From Patescibacteria group bacterium (lineage in GTDB: Bacteria; Patescibacteriota; Minisyncoccia; Minisyncoccales; RBG-13-36-15), in contig JACZRI010000003.1 in the NCBI GenBank assembly GCA_022574775.1, positions 34,308-98,307 of the forward strand: a DNA stretch of 64,000 bases. The letters are read 5' to 3'. Positions 39,503 through 49,056 of this stretch are shown piece by piece. Position 1 is the stretch's first letter. The number at the start of each line of letters is the position of its first letter. The notes beneath the pieces are model-generated. The model had not been told where the DNA came from. It was given only the letters and a program-made list of their open reading frames with translations, and searched no databases. The translations under genes and the position numbers were made by a program.

Positions 39503-39618
39503 TAAATATTCGATAAAATAAAGATATTTTGAGAGTAGATATATAACCAAAAAATCGCAAAAACGGCGGTTTTTCTTGATTGTTTTGTCAAATCAAAAAA
39601 TTGAACTTTCAACATCTT

Positions 39619-40185
39619 ATGAAGAGGGAAATTATAATACATAATAAAACTGTTTCTTACATTCTTTGTAAAAGCAAGCGGGCGCGCAGGGTGAGGCTAG
39701 TTGTGCATTGTGATGGAAGTATAATTGTTACTACTCCCTATGATATTTCAGAAAATGTGGCAGAGAGATTTATCAAGGATAAGGCTAAATGGATTTTTAC
39801 TAAATTATCTTTCTTTAAGAAATATAACGGTAAACTGACATCAAAAAACCACACAGATTATTTAAAATATAGAGATAAAGTGCAAAGATTAGCTGAGGAT
39901 AGAGTGGAATATTTCAACGAAATTTATAATTTTAAATTTAATCGTATAAATATCAGAAACCAAAAGACCAGATGGGGGAGTTGTTCTAAGAAAAGAAATT
40001 TAAGCTTTAATTATAAAATACTATTTCTGCCTTCACATATCTTTGATTACATTATTACTCACGAACTATGCCATCTGAAAGAATTTAATCATTCGCGAAA
40101 GTTTTGGAATCTTGTTGCCGAAACGATTCCTAATTGTTCAGAGATCAAGAAGGATTTGAAGCGAAATGTTTTGAATTCTTATTAG
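39619..40185 (+). CDS. YgjP/SprT-like (DUF45) metal-dependent hydrolase
   Basis: QKTRWGSCS, HELCHL..FNHS..FW; ATG 39619. Confidence 0.88.
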   Translation: MKREIIIHNKTVSYILCKSKRARRVRLVVHCDGSIIVTTPYDISENVAERFIKDKAKWIFTKLSFFKKYNGKLTSKNHTDYLKYRDKVQRLAEDRVEYFNEIYNFKFNRINIRNQKTRWGSCSKKRNLSFNYKILFLPSHIFDYIITHELCHLKEFNHSRKFWNLVAETIPNCSEIKKDLKRNVLNSY

Positions 40186-40286
40186 AATATAAAAATATCT
40201 TTTTATAAGTTCTATTTTACGAGGCTTAGCCTCGTAAAGTTACTTAATCGCTAAGAATGCGATTTTTTGGTAGAATTAAATAAATT

Positions 40287-40868
40287 ATGAAAATATCAAA
40301 AGCAGAATTTATTAAAGGTGTTATCGGGGACGATTACGGTTTGGAAGACAATTTACCGCACATCGCTTTTTTTGGCCGTTCTAATGCGGGGAAATCAAGC
40401 GTGATTAACTCCTTAGTTGGCAAGAAAGATCTTGTAAAAACAAGCAAGATGCCAGGGAAAACACGTGAAGCGAATTTTTTCCGCATCAATGATTCTTTCT
40501 ATTTTGTGGATTTTCCCGGATATGGATATGCGAAGCGTTCGATATTAGAGCGCAACAAAATAATCAAAAGGATTTTTTGGTATGTGAAATTTTCCAATAC
40601 GAGGCCTAAAGCAGTTTTCTTAATTATTGACGCTAATGTCGGTTTGACTGCTCTTGATCGGGATATGATAAAAATTCTCGAGGCAAATAAACATCAAATT
40701 ATCATTATTGCAAACAAAATTGATAAATTGGCTAAAGGCGCTGCGGGAAAACAGCTTTCCTCAATCCAAAAAGAAGCGCGAGATATACTAGTTTTGGGAT
40801 ACTCGGCCAAAACAAACGAAGGAAAAGACGAATTAACTGAAAAAATTGCGGGTTTTGTAATAAAATAA
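40287..40868 (+). CDS. engB: Ribosome biogenesis GTPase YsxC/EngB
   Basis: GRSNAGKSS, PGKT, DFPGYGY, NKID. Confidence 0.93.
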   Translation: MKISKAEFIKGVIGDDYGLEDNLPHIAFFGRSNAGKSSVINSLVGKKDLVKTSKMPGKTREANFFRINDSFYFVDFPGYGYAKRSILERNKIIKRIFWYVKFSNTRPKAVFLIIDANVGLTALDRDMIKILEANKHQIIIIANKIDKLAKGAAGKQLSSIQKEARDILVLGYSAKTNEGKDELTEKIAGFVIK

Positions 40869-40930
40869 GTCTGACCGAAACGCGTTATTTACGAATTCTA
40901 AAATCACCAAGAAGGCGGTTTTCTTTTATT

Positions 40931-40971
40931 AAAGAAAAGAGGGGAGCACGCCTGACTGACGCAACTCCCCT
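40931..40971 (-). terminator. Terminator of the minus-strand ncRNA
   Basis: Minus strand aggggag...ctcccct followed by cttttcttt. Confidence 0.7.
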
Positions 40972-41199
40972 TGTTCGTTCGAAGACTCTGAGCACCTATT
41001 AAGAGAGGGCTATTTCACTGGCGACTTCACGGAAGCTGGCGCCCCCGCTTCATAGTCTCGCCCCTATTCTACACATTCTAAGAGGTGTTCCCTCCAACGG
41101 TATACTCCGCGAGTCAGAACCACTGGGAGGTTGAACCCAGCTCTCCCATCCATGTGGAGATTATCCCAACCAACGACTAGTCCTTTTTCCGAACGAACA
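40972..41199 (-). ncRNA. Candidate novel structured ncRNA: tRNA-like domain + 23S rRNA L1-stalk-like domain
   Basis: 10-bp closing stem; TTGACA at 41233-41228; terminator; 41075-41004 follows the 23S H76-H78 pattern with compensatory changes; 41183-41117 has D-, anticodon- and T-arm-like hairpins. Confidence 0.7.
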
Positions 41200-41373
41200 T
41201 AGTTTTTTTATAACAATCCAAATAACGTGTCAATAGGGCAACAGAAAATCGTCAACCTGTCCGCCTGTGGAAGAAAAGCATGCCTCACACCGTCGAGTCA
41301 AACTCGACTGGTGCGGGGGTCCACGGCTACCAGTCGCTTAGAAATTATGCTAAACTAAGTTTAGTGAAAAAAT

Positions 41374-41931
41374 ATGGTACTAACACAATCACAAACAAAA
41401 CTTCGTCTTGGAGATAAAGCTCCGGACTTTACCTTGCAAGGTATAGACGGCAAGAGATACTCTCTGTCAGATTTTGCTGACTCTGAAGGCTTTCTCCTCA
41501 TCTTTATATGCAATCACTGTCCATATGTGAAAGCAAAGATTGACGATATTGTAAAATTACATGAGCAATTTAAAGATAGGGTTGCTGTGGTAGGTGTTAA
41601 CAGCAATGACCCTGAATATCCTGGAGAGGGTATTGAAAACATGAAGAAATTTGCGCAGGAACGAAATATCACATTTCCCTATCTATTGGATGATACGCAG
41701 AAAGTTGCCAGGTCTTATGGCGCTACCTGTACTCCAGACCCGTTTCTTTTTGATAAAATGCAGCAATTGGTGTTTCATGGCAGAATAGATGATGCATTCA
41801 ATCCAGAAGATAAAGTGACTGAACGTACTATGGAAGACAACATTCAAAAGATGCTGAAGGGTGACAAAATAGACAGAGAACTTAAACCCTCAATGGGGTG
41901 TTCTATTAAATGGATTGAACCTGCCGCGTAA
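41374..41931 (+). CDS. Thioredoxin-like (AhpC/TSA) protein
   Basis: APDFTL, CNHCPYV, GATCTPD, GCSIKW. Confidence 0.9.
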   Translation: MVLTQSQTKLRLGDKAPDFTLQGIDGKRYSLSDFADSEGFLLIFICNHCPYVKAKIDDIVKLHEQFKDRVAVVGVNSNDPEYPGEGIENMKKFAQERNITFPYLLDDTQKVARSYGATCTPDPFLFDKMQQLVFHGRIDDAFNPEDKVTERTMEDNIQKMLKGDKIDRELKPSMGCSIKWIEPAA

Positions 41932-41952
41932 GTTTGTTTTGGAATAATTGAC

Positions 41953-43113
41953 ATGCGCATCTCAAAAAAAGAAGCTTTACAATATCATAAGAAATACAGA
42001 GGGAAGATAGGGATTGTTGCAAAAACTTCAATTAAGACGAAAAAGGACTTGAGTTTAGCGTACACTCCTGGTGTTGCTTTTGTGTCTCAAGCTATAGCTG
42101 AGGATAAAAGTTTGGATAGGGTACTGACAAATAAAGGAAACAGCGTTGCCATTATTACTGACGGTACGGCTGTTTTAGGTTTGGGGGACATTGGGCCAGA
42201 AGCCGCCATTCCCGTAATGGAGGGGAAGGCAGCTATTTTTAAGTCCTTTGCCGGAATTGATGCTTATCCTATTTCTTTAGATGAAAAAGATCCAAAGAAG
42301 ATTATTGATATAGTAAAGGCATTGGCTCCCAACTATGCCGGAATTAATCTTGAGGATATTTCAGCTCCAAGATGTTTTGAAATAGAGCGCACGTTACAAA
42401 AAGAGCTTAAAATACCCGTGTTTCATGATGATCAGCACGGAGCTGCAATCATTATTCTAACAGCACTCATAAACGCGCTTTTAGTTGCAAAGAAGAAGTT
42501 TGAAAAGGTGCGTGTGGTTATAAACGGGGCTGGGGCAGCTGGTATTGCAACAACTCATCTTTTACTTGCTTATGGGGTAAAACACATAACTGTTGTTGAT
42601 AAACAAGGGGTTCTGCATAAAAAAGCAAAAGGCATGAACCGATACCAGGCTGAGGTGGCGCGATTAACCAATCCCAAAGTTAAAGGAGGGTTAAAAGAGG
42701 CGATAAAAGGGGCAGATGTGTTTATTGGTTTTTCGGTTGGAAACATTCTGTCAAAGAGCATGGTTACCTCCATGGCTCCAAAATCAATTGTATTTGCTGC
42801 AGCAAATCCAGTACCTGAAATTAGTCCAAAAGACGCAAAAGCAGCCGGTGCTTTTATTGTGGCAACCGGGCGATCTGATTATCCAAATCAGATAAACAAT
42901 GCACTTGTGTTTCCAGGTTTGTTTAAAGGATTGCTTGATGCGGGAGCTTCGAAGGTTACGCCAGAACCCATGATATGCGCTGCAACATGTCTTTCAGGAT
43001 TGATTAAAAAGCCAACTCCAAACAACATAGTTCCTTCTCTTTTTGACAAGCGGGTTGTTGAAACCGTTGCTTTTACCGTTCGGCAAGAAGGAGTGTGCGT
43101 GTGCAAGTATTAA
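41953..43113 (+). CDS. NAD(P)-dependent malic enzyme (short form)
   Basis: AYTPGVA, VMEGKA, NLEDI, FHDDQHG, GAGAAG, TGRSDYPNQINN. Confidence 0.95.
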   Translation: MRISKKEALQYHKKYRGKIGIVAKTSIKTKKDLSLAYTPGVAFVSQAIAEDKSLDRVLTNKGNSVAIITDGTAVLGLGDIGPEAAIPVMEGKAAIFKSFAGIDAYPISLDEKDPKKIIDIVKALAPNYAGINLEDISAPRCFEIERTLQKELKIPVFHDDQHGAAIIILTALINALLVAKKKFEKVRVVINGAGAAGIATTHLLLAYGVKHITVVDKQGVLHKKAKGMNRYQAEVARLTNPKVKGGLKEAIKGADVFIGFSVGNILSKSMVTSMAPKSIVFAAANPVPEISPKDAKAAGAFIVATGRSDYPNQINNALVFPGLFKGLLDAGASKVTPEPMICAATCLSGLIKKPTPNNIVPSLFDKRVVETVAFTVRQEGVCVCKY

Positions 43114-43324
43114 GAATGACTACTCTTTTCTCAGCGGTGCGTTTTTTACAATACGCAAGTCAAAACTTAATAATTATTTAGGAATTTTCTATTTTCTCTC
43201 CTCCTTTATTTCTATATCAAACAAGTAACCAAACAAGCTAACTTTAAAAAACGGCTTCTATAAGCCATTTTTATTTTATGCCGAAACCTGGGTATTTAAG
43301 CTCTCCAAATGATATAATGAATGT

Positions 43325-44035
43325 ATGGAGCATTTTTTCTTTTTTGGAGTTGCTTTTATTGCTGCAGTAATTGGGACTATAGCGGGCTTTGGTACAGCTA
43401 CTATTTTAACCCCGTTTAGTTCTTTGGTGATTGATATTAAGGTGGCCATTGTTTTGGTAGCCTTTTTTCATTTATTTAGGAATGTATCTACAATTTTTCT
43501 TTTTAAGAAAATAAATTGGGGGATTTTTTTAAAATTTGGTATCCCCAGTATTGGGGCTTCATTCCTTGGCGCCAAACTCATAACCACATTAGATACAGAA
43601 ACCGTAAAAGTTATTTTTGGTTTATTTTTGATCACTTTTGTTCTTTATTCCTTTACGAAAAAAGTCATTCAACTAAGACCAGTCAATTATGTTGCGTTTT
43701 CTGGCGGATTGAGTTCAGGATTTTTAGCGGGGCTTATTGGTACAGGCGGAGCCATTCGTTCACTTTTTTTGAATGCTTTTGGTTTACCCAAAAAAGTTTA
43801 TATAGCCACTTCCGCGATGATCGCCATTGTTATTGATTTAACTAGAATACCTGTGTATTTTGCAGGTGGGATTATTTTTGATAAAATTTATCTCTATTAT
43901 ATCCCAGCTTTAATTCTAATAGCTTTTTTCGGAGTTATAATCGGGAAAAAGATAGTCAAAAAAATACCAACCGAAACTTTTAGAAGAGTGGTGTTAATAG
44001 CCTTACTTTTGATTGGGCTAAAGTTAATATTTTGA
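43325..44035 (+). CDS. TauE/SafE (TSUP) membrane exporter
   Basis: GTIAGFG, GFLAGLIGTGG; multiple TM helices. Confidence 0.85.
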   Translation: MEHFFFFGVAFIAAVIGTIAGFGTATILTPFSSLVIDIKVAIVLVAFFHLFRNVSTIFLFKKINWGIFLKFGIPSIGASFLGAKLITTLDTETVKVIFGLFLITFVLYSFTKKVIQLRPVNYVAFSGGLSSGFLAGLIGTGGAIRSLFLNAFGLPKKVYIATSAMIAIVIDLTRIPVYFAGGIIFDKIYLYYIPALILIAFFGVIIGKKIVKKIPTETFRRVVLIALLLIGLKLIF

Positions 44036-44082
44036 ATTTAAATAAACCAAATATAAACTCATCTAATAAAAAAATCGCCAAG

Positions 44083-44115
44083 CCCTAAACCAGAACAAGT
44101 ACGGTTCAGGGTAAA
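44083..44115 (+). repeat. 33-nt palindromic mini-element inserted in a boundary-motif loop
   Basis: ccctaaacc-agaacaagtac-ggttcaggg+taaa; removal restores aaaatcgccaagaaggcggtttt exactly; loop nearly identical to the murB copy. Confidence 0.85.
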
Positions 44116-44272
44116 AAGGCGGTTTTTTTAGTAGAATTGTTTGATGAAAAAGAAGACTTTGATGGCCAGCTTGAAAAATTTCTTTATTTAGAACCTCTCT
44201 TTTTTTAATTTATAATTAGATAGAGTAGATAAAAAAAACTTCAACTAAGCCTGTGGATTTAAGTCTGGTATT

Positions 44273-45160
44273 TTAATTTTTGAGTTGGTTAATAATTTTG
44301 AATGTATCAGATTGGCGATTACTGGAATAAAACAAGATAATGACGACAGGCTCTTTGTTTATATTAAATAACGATGCTGATGTCTGTCTGGCTTCTGGCA
44401 GGTAGCCAGTTTTTCCGCCAATAAATTCAGGAAGAGCATAAAAATTATTTACATTTTGGAACTTGAGTAATCTTCCTGTTGGATCCGGAAGCCAAAAGTT
44501 ATTATTTTTGGTAATGCTTAAAATTTCTGCATGATTCTCGTGAATATAAGTTAAGAGTTTTGCTATGTCGGTGGCAGTAGAGCGGTTTGCGGGATTTAAT
44601 CCGTGGGGGTCAAAAAAAACAGTATTAGCCATATCGAGCTCTTTTGCTTTTTGATTCATCAGATCCAAAAAATTTCCCTTTCTTAAAAAATAAGTTAAAG
44701 ATTCAGCAGCATCATTTGTTGATTGAATAAGACTGGCTTGGAGAAGATTTTTTGCGCTAACATTTAAGCCTAGGAAAAGGGATGGGCTATATCCTAAAGG
44801 CTCAAGCATTTTTTCTGTTAAAGTTATTGTTTGGTCAGTATCAATATTTTCAAAAGCAACTACAGCGCTCATGAGCTTGGTAATAGAAGCAATGGGAAAG
44901 GGTTGATTAGCGTTTTTCTCTAAAACCACTGAATTATTAGAAAGGTTTACTGCCAAATATGATGCAGCTGTAATTTCTTGTTGTAAACGTAAATTTAAAA
45001 TCAGTGCTTGAAGATGTTGAATTTTTTGTTTGAGGACTTGTATTTGCTGGATTAATTTCATCCTTTCTGTCTGGTCGAAGGCTTTAGCTGTTTTAGAAGC
45101 AAAGGGTGAAAAAGCTAAAAGTAATGTACAAAATAGAAGACAAAAGATTTTGTATTGCAT
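44273..45160 (-). CDS. D-Ala-D-Ala carboxypeptidase (peptidase S11)
   Basis: Signal peptide, ASITK (SxxK), STN (SxN), KTG, DPHGL. Confidence 0.9.
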   Translation of the reverse strand: MQYKIFCLLFCTLLLAFSPFASKTAKAFDQTERMKLIQQIQVLKQKIQHLQALILNLRLQQEITAASYLAVNLSNNSVVLEKNANQPFPIASITKLMSAVVAFENIDTDQTITLTEKMLEPLGYSPSLFLGLNVSAKNLLQASLIQSTNDAAESLTYFLRKGNFLDLMNQKAKELDMANTVFFDPHGLNPANRSTATDIAKLLTYIHENHAEILSITKNNNFWLPDPTGRLLKFQNVNNFYALPEFIGGKTGYLPEARQTSASLFNINKEPVVIILFYSSNRQSDTFKIINQLKN

Positions 45161-45411
45161 ATCTAAAATATATTTTAATCCATCTTTATTTTACCAGAAT
45201 GATAAAATAATATAAGATTGCCAATCAGGCGGTTTTGCGTTTAAAAATCTATGCCTTAAATCCAGCGTGGTTCAAACGATTGACAAGATATTGTCTATAT
45301 GCTAATCTTACTAACGAGATAGTTGCCTAATAAAAATTTAGTCGAGTTTATTTGGGAAGCTAAACTTTAGGGTAAAACCTTAAAATACTAATAAGAATAA
45401 TTCATATAACT

Positions 45412-45612
45412 ATGGAAGGAACAATTAAAAACCTTACAGACAAAGGATTTGGATTTATTACCGTTGAAGGTGAAGATAAGGATTTATTTTTTCACAGCAA
45501 CGAGCTTGAAGGCGTGAAATATGAAGAGTTGAAGGTAGGCGATAAGGTTTCTTTTGAGAAAGCTGATTCTCCAAAAGGACCTAACGCAGTAAAAGTAAAT
45601 CGCATTCAATAA
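45412..45612 (+). CDS. Cold-shock domain protein
   Basis: KGFGFI, DLFFH, KGPNA; upstream TTGACA and a long leader. Confidence 0.95.
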   Translation: MEGTIKNLTDKGFGFITVEGEDKDLFFHSNELEGVKYEELKVGDKVSFEKADSPKGPNAVKVNRIQ

Positions 45613-45624
45613 AATCCGATTCAG

Positions 45625-45668
45625 CGATATAAAAAACAAGCCCATCTCCGGGCTTGTTTTTTATATCG
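45625..45668. terminator. Terminator after the cold-shock gene
   Basis: cgatataaaaaacaagccc/gggcttgttttttatatcg perfect inverted repeat. Confidence 0.8.
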
Positions 45669-45856
45669 TTAATCGCGCGTTTAATCCTTGTTTCTTTTTC
45701 AAAGAAGTTTTTTTCGCATTTTTGGATGTTTTTTCTCATATGTTCATTAATAATCCCTCTTTATCATCTCAAAAAACCGGCTTCATATCAATTCTTTTTA
45801 CTTAATCAAAAAACTTTTCGAGAGGTTATTGGAAAACAGGTATAAACCACTAATCT

Positions 45857-46219
45857 TTAATCTCGAGTATGCCAGTGAGCCCACGCAATAAACAGGGGCT
45901 GAAACGGCAACCTAACCAACAACGCCCACAGGGGTGTGCCCAAACCAGCGCCAGCAGAAGTTAAATGATAAATGTTGGCGGGAAATATTGCTATGAGTAA
46001 AAATATGATTCCCCAAGATGCCGGTTTTCGTAATTTTTTTGCCAAAAGAAGTATTCCAAGGAATATTTCTATGACCCCAGAAAGATATACTAACTCTAAA
46101 TGAAAAGGAATATAAGGTGGCATGATGACTAAATAAAATTCCGTTGATAGGAAATGATTCACACCATTAAAAATATAAAAGACCGACATTACATAAAGAC
46201 TGGCTTTTTTAAATTTCAT
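45857..46219 (-). CDS. DoxX-like membrane protein
   Basis: GVNHF, MPPYIP, SGVIEI, IFPANI, VRLPFQ. Confidence 0.85.
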   Translation of the reverse strand: MKFKKASLYVMSVFYIFNGVNHFLSTEFYLVIMPPYIPFHLELVYLSGVIEIFLGILLLAKKLRKPASWGIIFLLIAIFPANIYHLTSAGAGLGTPLWALLVRLPFQPLFIAWAHWHTRD

Positions 46220-46577
46220 ACAAACTCGTTTTTAACTTATAAATATTAGATTAATCATATCACGGTTTGGATTTTTACTTGAACCATATGTCATTTCACG
46301 GCAGAACCATAATGAGATATTAAGCTAGGAGTTTCGGATCAATTAATTTCTCCTTTGCATCAGCTTCGTTAAACACGATCGTTTCTCATATCATCCTAAA
46401 AACAATCCGAGAGTTGCTTGCTCTGAATTTATTGAAGGGTTGTCTCGGGCCCGACTTTTTTTATAGCTTTTAACGAGATTTAAAAATCGCCAAGAAGGCG
46501 GTTTTTTGTTTGGCAAAAAAGCAATTTTGTAATAGTGTTAATTTAATCGCACATCATAAATAGAAAGGAGGCATCTT

Positions 46578-46795
46578 ATGGTTACTCTGGGAAAAATACA
46601 GATTCCAGAAACATTAAGGGAAGGAAATCAGTGTCCGGCATTGGACGGCGGAACGCTTGGTCTATTCCGGAGCTGAGGGGTGAAGTTGGGATGCAGTGTG
46701 CATCCTGAAATACACAGACGCCGACCGAGGCAACGGATAAGGAGAAAAAGCAGTTCCAAGAGCGACTAGAACAGTCCACAAGACCCTGCGTGTAG
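46578..46795 (+). pseudogene. Small Cys/His-containing ORF interrupted by TGA and a probable frameshift
   Basis: AAGGAGG SD + ATG 46578: MVTLGK..CPALDGG..RS*GVKLGCSVHPEIH.., with a helical tail ATDKEKKQFQERLEQ in another frame. Confidence 0.4.
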
Positions 46796-46910
46796 GGGTC
46801 AAACCCCGCCCGATTCAATACTTTGCAGTATGTCTGAAAAGAGCGGGTTATTTATTTACAAATTTTTTAGTATAATGATTAAAGGAGAGTGTATTTAATA
46901 AATATTGACT

Positions 46911-47219
46911 ATGGAAATATTTTGGTTGTTAGCTGGCCATTTTCTCGGGGATTTTGCATTCCAGGTTGAATGGATAAAGAGTGAGAAAGGGAAATCCTGG
47001 GAAATAAACGGCTACCACGCGATTGTGTACACAGCCACGGTTTTTGTAGTGGCTGGTATTGGTGATATTGCGTTGTCTCCTCTGGTGCTTGCGATACTTT
47101 TTACTTCCCATTTTCTCATTGATCCTTTCAAGGCAAGGTGGGGTATTATCAAGCATATTTGGATAGACCAAATTCTTCACATTGCAGTTCTTGCGGCAAT
47201 AGCCATATTTCTTTTGTAA
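46911..47219 (+). CDS. DUF3307 membrane protein
   Basis: GHFLGDFAFQ, HFLID, DQILH. Confidence 0.85.
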   Translation: MEIFWLLAGHFLGDFAFQVEWIKSEKGKSWEINGYHAIVYTATVFVVAGIGDIALSPLVLAILFTSHFLIDPFKARWGIIKHIWIDQILHIAVLAAIAIFLL

Positions 47220-47249
47220 TAACTCAATATTTTTGTATAATTAATTTGT

Positions 47250-47444
47250 ATGAAAAGACTTTATAAGAGCAACAATAATAAGGTTTTTTTTGGTGTTATC
47301 GGAGGCATTGGAGAATATTTCAATATCGACCCTGTTATTTTGAGGATTATTTGGGTTGTAATAGTTATTTTTACGGCTTTTATTCCAGGTACCATTGCCT
47401 ATATGATTGCTATTTTTGTCATTCCTCATAGAACAAATCCTTAA
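47250..47444 (+). CDS. PspC domain protein
   Basis: KRLYKS..NKV..GV.GGIGEYFNIDP..RI. Confidence 0.9.
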   Translation: MKRLYKSNNNKVFFGVIGGIGEYFNIDPVILRIIWVVIVIFTAFIPGTIAYMIAIFVIPHRTNP

Positions 47445-47493
47445 AGGTCGACATTCCCATAAAAGGAAATAATAATTCTAATCAGAGAATAAA

Positions 47494-47694
47494 ATGTTTT
47501 TCGGAATTATTCTTATTGTCGTGGGCGCGATTTTCCTTGCCCAGAATTTAAACCTCATTTCAGGCGATGTTTTGGGTACGTTGTGGCCGATTATTTTAAT
47601 TGCGCTCGGCGCAGGACTGTTGCTTAAAAAAAGAGGAAGTGGGCGTTGCTGGTGCTGCGCTTGGGTACATCGGGGGCGTAAAGAGTCTCAATAA
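47494..47694 (+). CDS. Small membrane protein (LiaF-TM/DUF5668-like)
   Basis: GIILIVVGAIFLAQNL..LWPIILIALG. Confidence 0.75.
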   Translation: MFFGIILIVVGAIFLAQNLNLISGDVLGTLWPIILIALGAGLLLKKRGSGRCWCCAWVHRGRKESQ

Positions 47695-47709
47695 AGCACT
47701 TTCAGAAAA

Positions 47710-48225
47710 ATGAGAGATATTGTACATAGATTTTGGGTATGGTATGAAAGAAATCTTGTCCTGAATACCAGTATTGCAGCTGGTTTATTTTTATGGCAAT
47801 TGGTTCATCTTTTTTGGCTTTTTACGAACGTAGTTTTGCTGCGCCTCTTTGGAGAAAGTTATTTTAATCTTTCTGGGACCTGGGAATATGTGATTATTTT
47901 TGTTGATTATACAGAAATCCCAGCTATCTTAAGCGTTTCTTTACTCTATATCAATGACCTGAGAAAAGGTTTTCGCTGGAAGCCTGTCTGGTTTCTCCTT
48001 TTATTGAACTCCCAGTGGCTGCATCTCTTTTGGCTTACAGACGAATTTGTGGTCAGCCAGTTGATTGGTTCTGTCCGGAATCCTTTTTTACCTTTGTGGC
48101 TTGCCTGGATTGCTATTGGTGTTGATTATCTGGAATTGCCTGTCATGTACGATATCACAAAAAAGGCAATTGACGGGATTAAAAAAAAGCTGTCGAAACA
48201 AAAAAGCGCCCAAGGGAAATCCTGA
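47710..48225 (+). CDS. Hypothetical membrane protein with internal duplication
   Basis: Repeated Q.vHLFWL...VDY.E.P motif. Confidence 0.7.
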   Translation: MRDIVHRFWVWYERNLVLNTSIAAGLFLWQLVHLFWLFTNVVLLRLFGESYFNLSGTWEYVIIFVDYTEIPAILSVSLLYINDLRKGFRWKPVWFLLLLNSQWLHLFWLTDEFVVSQLIGSVRNPFLPLWLAWIAIGVDYLELPVMYDITKKAIDGIKKKLSKQKSAQGKS

Positions 48226-48250
48226 GCGATCTTCGCTTTCCCTTTCTTAT

Positions 48251-48949
48251 TTAATTTTTCAAAATTATTTTCTTGAATCCTTCGGCAAATCTATATCCTT
48301 TTTTTTTGCCAACTCTTTTTGCCCATTCTTTAATTCTTTCCGTTGCTTCTTTCGAGACTTGGCTTTTGTGTAGCAACAAGGCTTTTATTTTTAAGTGAAT
48401 CGTTGAACTAATGTCAAGAAAAGTATCCTGTTCATCAAAGTTTATTAAATAGACTTTTTTGACTTTATGAGGTTTAAGTTTTTCTTTCTCATGGTTCGGG
48501 AATGTGAGGCGGTCGCGGGAGAGAGGATAAATTGAATCTAAAACTGCTTGGCCGCAAGCCCTGTGGTCAGGATGGTTGAGATACCCCCTTTTTTTGGAAT
48601 AAATCATAAGAGGATCCGTAGTAAAAACAATATCTGGGCGGACTTTTCTAATTATTCTTGTAACTTTTTCTTTTAGTTCAAGATTATTCTCCAACTCCCC
48701 ATCTTCGTGGCTCAAAAAGAATACCTTTTTTATTCCCAATACTTTGGCTGCTGCAAGTTGCTCCATTTTTCGAATTTTAACTAATTTTTTTTGAGTCATT
48801 TTTGGATCATCAGAGCCCTTGCTTCCATTCGTGCAGATTAAATAATAAGCCGTAGCTCCTTCTTTTACCCATTTGGCAACTGTACCCGAACAGCCAAAAT
48901 CTAAATCGTCAGGATGGGCTCCAACGGCCAGAATAATTTTTCTATTCAT
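48251..48949 (-). CDS. PIG-L family deacetylase
   Basis: AHPDD, TNGSKG, HPDH, HKSQ, AEGF; probable start MNRK. Confidence 0.9.
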   Translation of the reverse strand: MNRKIILAVGAHPDDLDFGCSGTVAKWVKEGATAYYLICTNGSKGSDDPKMTQKKLVKIRKMEQLAAAKVLGIKKVFFLSHEDGELENNLELKEKVTRIIRKVRPDIVFTTDPLMIYSKKRGYLNHPDHRACGQAVLDSIYPLSRDRLTFPNHEKEKLKPHKVKKVYLINFDEQDTFLDISSTIHLKIKALLLHKSQVSKEATERIKEWAKRVGKKKGYRFAEGFKKIILKN

Positions 48950-49056
48950 TGATTTTCTATATTTTTTTCCAATCATACGAATATATTTTAAAATTTTTAT
49001 TCAACGACATAATGTTGCCATGGCGATATTATGTCGTTGAATACTCACACTTTTTC

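Noticed and set aside
40972-41199. Calling the ncRNA 6S RNA, tmRNA, Y RNA or a peptidyl-transferase-centre mimic
   Set aside because: Not a rod with a central bubble, no tag ORF or CCA end, and no Ro60 gene nearby. The short 23S-like words (GGGAUAA, GAGCUGGGUU) are explained by the cloverleaf arms and could be chance.
46674-46676. UGA recoding (genetic code 25 or selenocysteine)
   Set aside because: TGA terminates many intact genes and prfB with its frameshift is present; no SECIS or sel genes seen.
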